This document shows positions 1 to 13,454 of a stretch of 64,000 nucleotides of DNA, in pieces. The translations under genes were made by a program, and so were the position numbers. Source of the DNA: Hemiscyllium ocellatum (taxonomy: Eukaryota); contig NC_083416.1 of the NCBI RefSeq assembly GCF_020745735.1, forward strand, positions 61,839,131 to 61,903,130, in the 5' to 3' direction. Numbering within the stretch: the stretch's first letter is position 1; every line of letters begins with the position of its first letter. A model generated the notes under the pieces. It did not search any database and was not told where the DNA came from. It saw only the letters and a program-made list of their open reading frames with translations.

Positions 1-699
1 TCAAAGTAATATTCCTACACTGAGGTAACCGGTTTCCTAATCATTCTAAAATGATCTCCTTTATAAACAAACTGTTTCACTTGCACGAGGATCTCTATGA
101 ACTTAAAAACAAAAGCTTTCCAAGTGATATTGTTTTCCTTTCAGCAAAATATATTTCAAAAATCTTCTGAACAGAAAGAAACTAATGCTGCTCAATGTTT
201 ACTTTGTTCATTCTTAAAGCTCTCTCAATGCAAATAAATTTCCATTATCACCTCAAGATCTCCCTCTCTCATACAGATCAAGGTTCCAGATATACTGACA
301 GCTTAACCAGTAAATTTCCTCATACACACAGACCAACATTCACATGCCACAATTACAAAATGCAAGTTTTAAAACTAATTATATTAACTTACATAAATCA
401 TACACATTACATTATAAGTAGCATACAGTCAGGAGAGAGTTTCCATAGGTGCTCTCCATGGACTCTGATTTCCAAGACATTTCATGACATCTTGAGTCAA
501 AAATAGCAAGGAAACCTCCTGTTAATTAATACCTACCACACCCTTCCCAGCCCCCAACGCTGTAGATCAATTGGACGATACACTGAGTGAGGTAAGGGCA
601 TAAAAGATATTCAACGTGAAGGAACTTTGAAGTCCATCACCAAGAGTTTCTTAGTAGCATCACTATCGACAGAGCATACCAAGCCATAAAGCACGAAGG

Positions 700-3600
700 A
701 TACAGAGAGGATTTACCAGGACATTGCTTGGACTAGAGAGTTTTAGTCATGGGGAGGTTATTTTCCTTGGAGCAGAGGAGACTGAAGAGGGCTATGATAG
801 AGATGTATAAAATTATGATGGATATAGACAGGAAAAAACCTACCACCAAGATCAATGATTGGGGAATACATCCAAGTTAAGGGGCAGGAGTGTTAGATGG
901 GATGTGAAGAAAGTTTTACCCCCCCCCAATCGGAGGGTGGTAGGAATCTGGAACACACTGTCTGTATGGGTGGTCAAGGCAGAAACACTCATTACATTTT
1001 AGTAGCATTTAGATGTACACTTGCAATGCCAAGGTATACAAGGCTATGGGTCAAGTACTGGAAAATGGAATTAGAATAGTTAGGCGGTTATTTTTGACCG
1101 ATGTTCATATGATGGGTCAAATGACCTTTTCCTCAGCTCTGGAGCTCTGTTAGTCTATGATTATGACAATAGCTACTTGGTCTGCAGAAAGAACATACTT
1201 GATCTTATCCTCACTAACTTCTGTTGCAGATGCATCTATCGCTATCAGTATTGGTAGAAATGACCATTGCACAGTACTTATAGAAATGAGGATTCAATCT
1301 TGTGTGGCACTAACATAGATTTAAAACCAATCCCATTTCGCACAATCTAGTAACTCAAAACTGGGCATCTATCATGTGAGAGAGGTTATCAGTAGCAGAA
1401 TTGCATTTATCCATAATGTGTAACTTCATGACTTTGCACAATTCCCCATTCTACCATTAGTACTAAGGCAGGGAATCAACTCTGATTCATGAAGAGTACA
1501 GGAAAGTACACCAGGTGTACTAAGAATGAGGTGTGTGAACTGGGGATAGTACAATACAGAGATGCTTGCATGTTAAACAGCAAAGCAGTAGGCAATGGAA
1601 AAAGCGAAGCGATTTCACCAGATACAAAGTGGGAGGAATGTGTAGAAAATCAGACTCATTGTGAAGCTGACTGACAGAGTGAACCTTGATTGGGATTCAG
1701 GACATAAGATTCTCATGTATAGTTTAGCCTGACCCAAAGTGCAGCCCGATGGAGTAGCATCAAGGCAACCCCTGGGGGTGAATAGCAGCAGCAGAGTTTC
1801 CAGATAAAATCCCGAGGGGCAAAGCTCAGTTGAAGCACAGCTAAATCACCCCAGGAATCCCATCAGAACTCAAAAAGGCAGGTGAAGGTGGAATCAGTGC
1901 AAAGCAGTGAGATGATTCCTAAATAGTAAGAAAGTTTTATTTTTAATACACTTAAAAGCTGCATTAATAAAAAAAAAGCATTCTAGCTTCTTTTAAAGAA
2001 AATTTAGTGAATTTGATACTTAGCATAAATTTAGGGTAAGATGTATCTAAACTGAAGAAATGGCAGGGTAGCACAGTCCTGTTTGTTACACCATCTGCAA
2101 TCTATGGACAATCATTAATGCTCCTGACAGTCTGGACGATCACATCTACGTCGTTTGATTAGTTTGAGGGTTTGAGAGCCTAAATGTCTAGAGGAGGCAC
2201 TGCTACACTGCTGGGTCCCTTAATATTTGTAGTGTATGTCAATAGTGTAGACATGAATGTAGGAAGTTTGCAGAGTAATTCACAGATGACACGAAAATTA
2301 GTGGTTTCGTAATAGTGAGGACAAAAGCCTTTGATTACAGCACAATATAGACAGGCAGGACAGATGGTCAGAACAATAGCAAATGAAAATTAGTCACAAA
2401 AAATTAGGTGAGGCATTTTAGGAGGAATTACAAGGCAAAGGAGTACATGATGAATGGTCGGGCCCCAGGAAGTACAGAGATTCACAGGGAACTTGGTGGA
2501 TACATTTACAGATCCTAGAAGATAACTGGTTAGGTGGTGAAGGAGGCATATGGAATATAAGACATTAGACAGGTCAGTGCTCAGGACTGTTGTCACACTA
2601 TAGAATATAATAGAAGATATATGATTTCAATAGAGAGGGTACAGAGAAGATTCACTAATATTAGATTAGATTACTTACAGTGTGGAAACAGGCTCTTCGG
2701 CCCAACAAGTCCACACCGACCCGCCGAAGCGCAACCCACCCATACCCCTACATTTACCCCTTACCTAACACTACGGGCAATTTAGCATGGCCAATTCACC
2801 TGACCAGCACATCTTTGTGACTGTGGGAGGAAACCTGAGCACCCAGAGGAAACCCACGCAGACACAGGGAGAACGTGCAAACTCCACACAGTCGCTTGAG
2901 GTGGGAAATGAACCCAGGTCTCTGGCACTGTGAGGCAGCAGTGCTAACCACTATGCCACCGTGCCGCCCACGCACGGGCTGGAGGATTTCTGCTAAGAAG
3001 AGGGATTAATAGGCTAGAGTTGTTTTCCTCAGATCAGAGAAGGCTGAAGGCAGATCACATTGCGGTGAACAAAATTATGAGGGATATAAATAGGATAATT
3101 AGGAAGAAACTTTTTTTTGTTGAGGAATCTATTACATGGGCCATATATATAAACAGGTAAAAGACAATGTTTAGAGAGATTTTAGGAAGAATGTTTTCAT
3201 CCAGAGGGTAGTGGGTATCTGGAACTCACTGCCTGAAAGGGTGATAAAGGCAGGAATTATCACAACATTTTAGAAGAACTTGGATGATCACTTGAAGCAT
3301 TACAACATACAAGGCCAAGTACTGGAAAATGGGACTAGAATATAAAGGTTTTTGATGGACATGGGCCAAAGTCCTTATTCCATGCTGCAAAACTGTGACT
3401 CTAAGAATTCAAGCTCTACAGTCCTGCTTGATCCAGTCTTAGTACATAATTAAACAACTAACTGGAGGAGGAGACTCCACAAACATCTACATTCTCAATG
3501 ATGAAGGGGCCCAGCATATGAGTGCAAAAGACAAGGCTGAAACATTGGCATAGAGGTGCTTCAGTGTGATTTGGACAAGCTGAGTGAGTGGGCAGATGCT

Positions 3601-4445
3601 GTAAAATGTGGGTAAATGTGAGATCATCCACTTTGGTAGCAAAAAGGCAGTGGCGGATTTTTACTTGAATGGCTATAAATTGAGAGGGGAATCTGCAAGG
3701 AGACCTGGTTGTCCTCACACACCAGTTGCTGAAGATAAGCATGTAAGTGCAGCAGGAGGTAATGAAGGCAAATAATAAACAGGTTAATAAATAGATTGGC
3801 CTTCACAGTGAGAGGATTCAAGTATATAAGCAGGGACATCTTGCTGCAATTACACAGGATCTCGGTGAGACCATACTTGGAATATTGTGTGCAGTTTGGG
3901 AAGATGCTCCTACTATATAAAGAAGTGCAGCGAAGGTTTACCAGATTGTTTCCTCCGATGGCAGGATTGATGCATGAATAAGGGTTGAATTGGTTAGGAA
4001 CATATTCACCAGAGTTCAGAAGAATGAGGGAATAGGGGATGAAAAGACATAGAAACCTACAAGATTCTAACAGGACTAGACAGGGTAGATGCAGGAAGGA
4101 TCTTCCTGATATTGGGGGGATGTGTTTGGGGGGGGGGGGGGGTGGAGAGGAGGAGTCCAGAACCATGAGTCACAGTCTAAGGATAGAGGGTAAAGCAATT
4201 AGGATTGAGATGAGGAGAAATTTCTTCACCTACAGAGTGGGGAGCATGAGGAATTTGCTACTAAAGATAGCAGTCAAGGCCATAACATTGTACAATTTTA
4301 AAAAGGAATTCGACATAACACTGAGGAAAAAGGGAAAAAGGCTTTTGGGGGGGAAGTTGGAACTGGCTGCGAAGTTGGATGATCAGTCATGATCATAATG
4401 AATGGCAAAGAAAGCTTGAAGCGCCTGCTTCTATTTTCTATGTTG
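700..4445 (+). mobile_element. Cluster of degenerate CR1 LINE 3' fragments (~700-1160, ~2200-3400, ~3560-4445)
   Basis: Remnant CR1 ORF2 C-terminal peptides (e.g. VRPYLEYCVQF, VQRRFTRL, RRNFFTYRV) and similarity to the younger CR1 at 62-64 kb. Confidence 0.75.
2661..2969 (-). mobile_element. tRNA-derived SINE (HE1-like) inserted in an older CR1 fragment
   Basis: Reverse complement begins GGGCGGCACGGTGGCATAGTGGTTAGC (A box), has a B box and a CR1-like tail with (TCTAA)n. Highly similar to the copy at 15242. Confidence 0.88.
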
Positions 4446-4449
4446 CTAC

Positions 4450-5660
4450 GTTTCCATTTACAAACATCTTTAGGCAGATTAGACCAGTAGATGATTCAAC
4501 TTGGCCTCCTCCTAAAGTCCCCAACATCTTAGATGTCAGTCTCCAGTCAATTCAATCATTCCATGTGATAGCAAGAAATGGTTGGAGACATTGAATATTG
4601 CAAAGGTTGTGGATACTGATAACATCCTGGCTACACTACAGAAGATTTATGGTCCAGAACTAGCTGTAGCCTGAACCAAGCTATTTCTGTATAGCTCCAG
4701 CACAGGCATCTACCCTAATTGCCTGTGTATGTCCTGTCCGCATAAAAAAGGACAAATCCAATCTGACCAATTAGTGATCCACCTGTCTACTCTTGACCAT
4801 CAATAAAGTGATGAAAGTGATCATCAAAAGTGGCATCCAGCAACACATTTATAGCAGTAACCTGCTCATTATGCTTTTCTTCCAGTCATTAAACTATTCA
4901 TGGAACATTACGGCCTTATTCTAAACATGGAAAAAAGAGCAAAACTGGAATGGAGAGGTGAGAATTACTGTCTTTGACACCCAGAAGTGCATCAAAGGAC
5001 TGGACTGAAAAACTGAAGTCAAAAGGAATCAAACTCTGTTGACTGGATTCATACCAAGCACTAAGAAAGATGATTATAATTGTTGACAGTCAATCTTCTC
5101 AGTCTCATCAATTCCACAGGGTAGTATCCTATGCTCAAACATCTTAATTACTTCATCAATGACCTTCATTCCATCATAAGATCAGAGATGAGACAGTTCA
5201 CTGTTGAATGCACAATGTCCAGCCCTATTCAAGAATCCTCAGATACTGAGGTTGTCTTTGTCCATATGCGTAAAGAACCAAATAACATTCAGGTTTTGAT
5301 TAATAAGTGGTAAATGATATCCATACCACACAAACATCAGGCAGTGACCATCTCCAACAAGAATAAAGCTAAGCATCTCCCCTTGATGTTGAATGGCAAT
5401 ATCATCACTGAATCCATGAGTATCAACATCCTGCGGTTACCATTGAGCAAAAACTGAACTTGACCATCCATACTGTAGAAATAAAAGCAGATCAGAGACT
5501 GGAAATTCTGTAGGGAGTAAGTCACTTCCTGCCTCTCCAAAGCATGTCTGTCATGTACAAAGCTCAAGTCAGCAATGTGATAAAGTACTCTCCAATTTCT
5601 TGGTTGTTTGCCATCTCAGCAAAAACTTAAGAAGTCCAAAACTATCCAAGACAAAATAAC
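4450..5660 (+). mobile_element. Old CR1/L2-group LINE RT remnant
   Basis: Degenerate RT-like peptides (e.g. YFINDLHSIIRSE). Related sequence at ~38380-39050 and ~48250-48850. Confidence 0.5.
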
Positions 5661-7179
5661 TACTTGAAACATAGAAACTTGGAAAATAGGAGGATTTAGG
5701 GCATTTGAGGCCACTCCATCACTCCAAAAGACTGTGATTGATCATTCAACTCAGCACCCTGCTCCTGTTTTCTCCTCACACCCTTTTTGCCCTAACAACA
5801 ACATCTAAGTCCTTCTTGAAAAACAGTGTTGTGGCCTCAACCACATTTGGTGGCAGAGAATTCCATAGGCTCAATACTTCTCCACACCGGAGCCCTAAAT
5901 AATCTACCCCATATCCTTCAACTGTTTGATTGACAGCTCCTCCAACACCTTAAACATTCACTCTCTGTTAATACCTGATTATTCACATTGTTAAGTTTGT
6001 ATGAGTGTATTTATTAAAAGGAACACCTGTAACACAGAGTGTGGGATAGGTTGTAAGAACAAGTCACCAATAAATTTTCTCCACAAAAGAAAGTGATCTT
6101 GGTTTTCTGATTCACTGACTGGTTTGCACTGAGGTGGATACTCCCTCCACCACTAATCAGCGGTGACAGCACAGTATAACACAAATAAGAATCATTTCTG
6201 TAACTCACCAAGGTTCCTTTGACAATGGGGTTCCTTCCTCCCGAATCTGCAATCACTATCACCGAGAAGGAAAAGGGCAGTAGATGCACAGGAATACCCA
6301 CAAGTTCCCCTTCCACCTCACATCATCCTGACTTGGAACTTATTTCTATAATGTTATGAGGTCCATTCAGTTATGAGACCCTCCCGAGTAGATGGGGAAA
6401 GTGGTTTCCTTGCCCATGCTTGATTTGGTGGCATAGGACCTCAAGGGGTCTGAAGTTAATATTTAAGAGCCAGAGGTAAGTTCCTCTTTTCAGCCTCTGT
6501 GCCTCCTCTTGTCGTGAATCTATCTTATAGAAAGGACCGAACACACAGTTACAGCTGGTGCTGGAATAGTGTGGAACATTAGCTGAAAATTCAGATTCAG
6601 TGTGTATGAATGTGTTGGGTGTTGCTTGACTAGTCTGTGGGACAGCTTTCCCAATTTTAGCAGAATCTCCCAGATGTTAGCAATAAGCCTCTTGGGCTGA
6701 ATGTGCCTTTGTTGTGTTCAATTACCAGTTTCATATTCTTGTTAGACCTTTTTGTATCAATTTAATATAACTGTTAAGGACAGTTAAGAGTCGACCAGAT
6801 AACAATCTGGAGTCACATGTAGGCCAGACACATTGAGGACAGCAGATTTCCTGTCCTAAAATGAACCAGGGTTTGTTTTTAAACAATAATCCATCACTTT
6901 CATGATCACCATTACTGATACTAGCTTTTTTTTTAAATTCCAGGTTTTATTTGATCAACTAACTTTAACTTTCCTAACCACCTTGGGAGAATCTGAAATC
7001 ATGTTTCTGCATCAGTAATCCAGTTTAATTAAAGCAGAAAATGCTAGAAATATTCAGATCAGGCAGCATCATGTAATGAATCGGTTTTCAGGTCAATAAA
7101 AACATCTGCATTATTAATCGTAAAGAAATGTCCTGTGGGGCTAAAGGCACGAGATTGACGCAAATTCTTAGATTAAAAA

Positions 7180-7598
7180 GTGAGGTCTGCAGATGCTGGA
7201 GATCAGAGCTGAAAATGTGTTGCTGGTTAAAGTGCAGCAGGTCAGGCAGCATCCAAGGAACAGGAAATTCGACGATGAAGGGCTTTTGCCCGAAACGTCG
7301 AATTTCCTGTCATCGTCGAATTTCCTGTTCCTTGGATGCTGCCTGACCTGCTGCGCTTTAACCAGCAACACATTATCAGCAAATTCTTAGATGACCAGAT
7401 ACAGTACATAGTTGGTTCCAGTCCCTGTGTGACCATGGAAATAGTCGAGCACGTGGCGCCGGAAAAACACAGCAGGTCAGACTGTTGCCCAAAACATCGA
7501 TTTTTCTTCTCCTTGGATGCTGCCTGACCTGCTGTGCTTTTCCAGCACCACACTCTTGACTCTAATCTCCAGCATCTGCAATCTTCACTTTCACCTGA
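7180..7598. repeat. Penelope-tail-derived fold-back repeats, including a near-perfect palindrome with 65-bp arms
   Basis: Arms 7214-7278 and 7310-7374 are reverse complements with 1 mismatch, and match the tail of the Penelope at 24945-25070. A second related tail at ~7450-7598. Confidence 0.85.
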
Positions 7599-7829
7599 AC
7601 ATGGAAATATCAGTGAGGAAGGAAAGCAGTCAAGGTATCGCAATCATGCTCTTTATTGGATAGTGGCGAAACACTTTTACTTCCCGAAATAACTTAGGTA
7701 ACAGAGCAAGAGTCAAATAGACCTTCACAACCAAAACATAATCACTGGCAGACTAAAAAAAGTCAAATCATAGAATCTGAACTGTGCAAATTCACAAAGT
7801 CAGGGAAATAGATTGACCACAATCACAGA

Positions 7830-8085
7830 GTCACCACAGACACACACTTGCAGAGACACTGAGCTATCTCACACACACACTCTCAGAAACACAAAGCTAT
7901 CACAGATACCCACCCACATACTCACAGAGACAGAGCTATCGCAGACACACACCCACCCACACAGACACAGAGCTATCACAGACACACACCCACACACACA
8001 GACGCAGAGACACAGCTATCACAGACGCATACCCACACAGACACACTGAACCACCACAGTCACACACACACACCCACATACTCAT
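7830..8085. repeat. CA-rich minisatellite (~35-bp unit)
   Basis: Recurrent CAGAGCTATCACAGACACACACCCACAC-like units. Confidence 0.85.
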
Positions 8086-8099
8086 AGAATTGCCACAGT

Positions 8100-8640
8100 C
8101 TCATTGCCACAGGTCCAAAGTAACAGTCACGTACTGTCACGCAGCAACATCGAACACAATTTTTCTAAAGTTTAGATTAGTCTGAGTACAAAACAAACCA
8201 GAAAATAGCAAACCATCCATGGTTCCGCATTTCTCGCCAGTCGAATGAATCCAACGATAATTACATGAAAGTGTGAAAAGAACTCAATCATTTCAAACGG
8301 AGTTAGTGCACATAATCCGGAATCGCACGGATCCAACCTGATCCGGGACATAATGCCGAGTTGCCATGTTAACCTTTGCAACATTTAACAAGAGTTTTGC
8401 GTTACTTACAACGACCAGCGGCTCAGCAATTCCCAAACCGAGAGAAAGGGGATAAGATCGCTGGCAATTCGGCAGTGGGAGCGGAAGGGATTCCTGCCTC
8501 ACACAACAGCGAGTCGGGTTAATGATTCACCAGCAAGACAAAGTTAAAATCAGAGTTCGTTCAAAGTGTTGAGGGTTCCCTTCATACCATCCTAACACCT
8601 TCCGAGAACAAACAATACAGAACTCGCCACGTCTATGTGT
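8100..8640 (-). promoter_or_regulatory. CpG-enriched putative promoter or first exon of a minus-strand gene extending left of the window
   Basis: Local CpG excess in non-repeat sequence. Minus-strand donor GTT|gtaagt (intron start 8409). HNF1-like GTTAATGATTCAC at 8518-8530. No coding exon recognised. Confidence 0.4.
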
Positions 8641-11600
8641 CTGTCCCTAAATCAAATAAACAAAGAGAAAAAAAACACCTCATGGACAGGGGGCAAGTTC
8701 CTCAGAAACAGGCGAGGTGCTCAGACATAAACAAATACTGTTTCTTTGCTAAGGTTCCTGCGCGTTGCTGCTGTCTCACCATTACAGGTGTCCAGTGCAA
8801 AGGTAATTTGATAAGTCTTTCCGTGACGCCTCTGGGTCGGACTTTTTTTTAGGTTATAAAAAAAATGATGAACAAATATTTTCTCTTGCTGGATACTCCC
8901 CATCCACCAGTACTCCACTTTCAAGAAAGAAAGCTGCCCCTTGAACATATGAAGTAGGACCAGGAGTGGGCCCGCGCCTCTGCCATTCGTTCAATGGGAT
9001 CAAGGATGATTTTCTACCTCAACTGCACTGTCCCTTTCTTATTCCTATCTTTATTTTCATTCATTCACAACAATGGGGATGTCACCAGCCAGGCCGGCAT
9101 TTATTGCCCATTCATGATTGCCTGAAAGGCAGTCAAGAGTTAATCATCTAGCTGTGGGACTGGCCAGTCCAGCTAAGAATGGCAGTTTCCACGTTAGTGA
9201 ACTTGATAGTCCCCACTAGACTCTTGTTTCCAGATGTTTAATGAATTAATATTCAACCATCTACCATAATGCAGTTCAAACCCAGGCCCCCAGAACATTA
9301 CCCATTTCACCAGATTAATTGTCTAATGATAATACCAGTAGTCCATTGCCCTCCTTGTTGAAAACTTGGTGGTCTCGGCATCTATTTCCCCCTGCTTCTC
9401 CATGTAGGCTTAAATGACTAAGCCCTTATTCAGACAGCATAAGTCTTGGTTATTTTGTTTTGGAGTATTACTTTATGTAGTAGTTACTTTTAAAAAGGAG
9501 GAAGAATTTGTATTACCAACATTTTTAATGACCTCATGACACCCATGAATAATCTACAACCAGAGCGCTCTTGAAGTGTAGTCATTCATGTAACAAAAAG
9601 AATGCAGCAGCTGAACTGGCACACACTATTCTCTCAGTAAGTAAAGTGTTACAGCCAGGTAATCTAGATAAGTGATGCTGGTTGAGGGCTAACAATTGGC
9701 CAGAACACCAGGCTGTGATATGCTGGCTGCCTTTCTTCGAAGAATGACATGGGATCCTTTACATTCGAATAGGAAGCTGGATAAAGTTTGAATTTAGCGT
9801 CTCACCTTCAGCAATCCCTCAGGAATATAACTGTGTCAGCTTGGATTGTGCTCAAATCTCTCATCATAAGACCAAAATGTGTTCATTTGTAATTCACAAT
9901 CAAACCCAAGGAGACAACAGTGAACAGTGTTCTGAAGAAAGTTCGCCTGACTGGAAATATTAACTCTTTGCACAGATGTTGCCAGACCTTCTGAGTTTCT
10001 CCAGCAATCTCTTTTTGTTTGTTTCAGATCTGGAAGATTATATATGGAAATGATCAGAGAGAAGAAAGATTTTCTCTCAAGTTTTGGAGACAGTCATTTG
10101 GGAACGGAAGAGAAATCACTTCACTTAAAGCCATGAATATTTTTCTCTACCCCAGAGAACTATACAGTAAACGTTTAGTCATTAAATATATTAGAAAAAA
10201 GGAATTTGTACTCTATAGCAATCAAGGGACATGGGGACCAGGCAGGAGACTGGAATTGAGGTGAAGTACCACCCATGATTTTATTAAATGGTGTAATGGC
10301 CCAATGAATACTGCTCCTATTCCTTTGTGCCTAAAGGAAGAACTTTAACTAAAACTTAAAAAATAGAAAATCCTCATTTGGAAGCAATTTACTTGCAATT
10401 CTGGTACCAGTAGAATATAAAATGAGTTTTTTTCCCCATATCTAGGAAATAATTAGCAGAAAAGGAGAGCCTCTATCATCACTGACACCTCACACTACAG
10501 CTATTAAAAGATAGAAATTTGTGGAAATTTAAGGGCACTGAAGAATTTATAAACACATTTACATAAACATTATCAGAAAAGAAAGAATAAATAATTGATT
10601 TTGTCAGGTAACTTGCTTTGCATCAGGGAAATCACACTAAAAGTTTTTAGATTTTGTGAATGATAGGAAACTTTACCCAGAATCAAAGGGCCAAATATTT
10701 TAGAGCACAAAACTAGATACAACCTAAAAGATATATTTTCTTGATATCGCCAAGGCCAATGAAACTAAAATTTGTAACCGCACCCACCATGTGAAACCAG
10801 ATAGATCGAACCACTACTTGTTTAGTTTGTTCAAGGGATATTTTTCCTGCTGAACAACACAAGCCTTTCATGTTAAAAAGCTTGTTTCACCGTTTGGCTC
10901 TGTACATTGACAGGTCTGTCATTCCATCTCATTTGACAGTACCATGGTACTACTGCCTTTGGCTATGAAGCCTAGTTTCATTTTGTAAAATGCAGAGGTT
11001 GACAGACATATATCCCAGCCCAGTGATATAGGGTGATGCTGTACCATTTTCCCATCCCTGAAGGCAGGAACTATTTCCTTTCAATCCTCCCCTCTTACTG
11101 CTACAAATCTGCGGATCCTCTAAAAAAAAAGTATAGAAAGACAGAAACACAGACGCAGAGAGATACAGAGCCCATGAATGCAGGCTGATGCTGTTGAGGG
11201 TTTGACAGGCATGCAAGGAAGAGTAAAATGCAGACATGGGACTGAACTTCCCGCATTGTGATGTTCTCACTTTTGGCATTACTAATGAGGCAGGAACTTC
11301 TTCATGGGGGTTGGAAAAAAGGGCTAGCACGAATCTATTTTCAAGCTTGCCCTAACACCTCAATCCAAAATGAGAGAGGCACAGTGTGGGCTGTTCAGTC
11401 TGAGAAGGTGAGTGGTGAAGGTGCTAGCCTGTAAGTACCGACATGTTAGGAACTCTCCAAGTATTCAATTTTATCATCATCTGTCTGAATGGGGGGTGGG
11501 GCTGTGCGGAGAAATGGGTGGAATCCCTTTGGTTCGGGCAACTCTGCCATTTAAATAATTAAATTGCTTATTAGCTACTTATTTAATCCTGGGTTTACAC

Positions 11601-12987
11601 TAAGCTGTATGCTAGCTTCTTAGAACTGGACATGGCAGACACCATGAAATGATTGGATTGGCCTGAGCAAGCAAACAGACAGGATGTATTGAGTTCTAGT
11701 GTTAGCTGGTTGATCAAGTGAAAAAAGGTTTGCTCACAGGGATTTTGTTGCAAGCTTGCTTGTGATTTCTGTTGATTTTCAACACTCTGGAGATCATTTC
11801 TAGGAGTTTGTAGCCTTTTATTTCAATAGGAATGCCTTATGCAACAGTATCTTGGACCACAGGTGAGGAACAAGAGGAGCAGAGGCAACATCAGCTTGAA
11901 AAAACTGAAGGTGCTGGAGAAACTCAGCAGGTCGAGCAGTACCTGTGGAGAAGCACTGTTTTCCCTCTCTCTACAGATCCTATCAGACCTGCTGAGTTTC
12001 TCCACTTTTAGCTTCTCTTTCGAATGTCTAGCAAACACACTATTTTGCTGTTAGATATTTTCTCACCAACCTGTTCAGGGATGTTATTACACGCCACTGA
12101 AGCAGATGGAACTCGAACATAGGACTTCTAGATCAGAGATAGGGACATTGCCACTGCACTGCAAGAACTCATATTTTGCTTTTAAAATTGCAACAACTTT
12201 TTTTTCTTAACCATCAGGTGGTTCAGGACCTAAAAAAAAGCACAAATTTAATACATTTCAAGTAACTCATCTCTCATTCTTCCATACTGGGGGAAAAACA
12301 GACCAAGAATATACAACTTCTCTTGATTGAACAATACCTCATCACAGGAACTGATCCTCTTATCCATAGGACCATTGTTGTGAAATTCTGTCACCTTCCC
12401 TGGAGGACAAATAAAAGGTTTCCTTATGAAGATGAGGGAGTGTGTAAGATGAGGATGTGTCATAGTACCTTCTCAGCGAGAGAAATGGGTGTACCAAATA
12501 GCAAGATGTGATGTGAAGAGGAATTCATCACTGCCGTGCAGGAGGTTTGTACTCGACTGGGCCATGTCACTCACTGGTCTTGGTTCGGGTTGCAAGTGGG
12601 TCCTAATTGGGCATGTTCCCAATGCACCAGGGGAGATCAGAGAGGCAGCAGTTTCAGCAGCAATAATGGTATCTGAACTTATTCCTTTATTTTCCTAAGA
12701 AAGACTTTGTTAGCCATTACCTTATTCTTTATTTTTCTACTTACCCTATGAAATAATGCTGAACTTAGTTTCTCTTCCTACTTTGTACCCAAGGTTTTTT
12801 TAACCTAGGTATTCTAATACTAAGATGGTGTCTTGTGTGCAAAAGTGCAGGAATACAGTGAAAAGTGTACAATGCCACCACACATGATAACCTTTAAAGT
12901 TACTTTTAAATATTTCAACACTGCGCTAATGAGAGCCTCGTACTTTCACTGTGATAAAATTCCCCATCTAAGTACCTGATGGGGGAT

Positions 12988-13454
12988 TAGTTCCACCATT
13001 TAAGTGCACCCTGTCAAAATCAGAATTGAAGAATGGTACAGAGGAGTCACCAGAGAAGGAAACTGTGGAAATGGAGGTTCAATGTAACAAGGCAGCACCA
13101 GGATTCAGCAAGGTGATTAAATTTAAATTGAAATCTTTTCCTGCGCTGATTAGATCAATGAACATTTTCTGGCACTGTATTCAGGAGTGAGGTCCAATAC
13201 TCCAGCTTGCTGACCTCTTCAGTAACTTTTGGACCACATCTGCCTGTTTTGAGCAGCAGCCATCATCCTCATGTCCATAGGAAACAAGATATCTTTGCCC
13301 TTTCAGTCACAACATTGCCTTCAGGTTCACCTTGCTGAACCCTGTACTGCCTTGCTACATTGAACCTCCATGTCCACTGTTTCCTTTTCTGGGGATTCAT
13401 CTCTATCATTCTTCAATTCTGATTTTCATAGGGTCCTCTTAAATGGTAGAACTA
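12988..13454. repeat. Long inverted repeat (~128-bp arms, ~210-bp spacer)
   Basis: 12988-13116 aligns to the reverse complement of 13327-13454 with about 16 substitutions and 1 indel (manual alignment). Confidence 0.85.

Noticed and set aside
7830-8085. CRISPR-like or coding repeat array
   Set aside because: Eukaryotic CA-rich minisatellite without unique spacers; the T/H-rich ORF is a low-complexity artefact.
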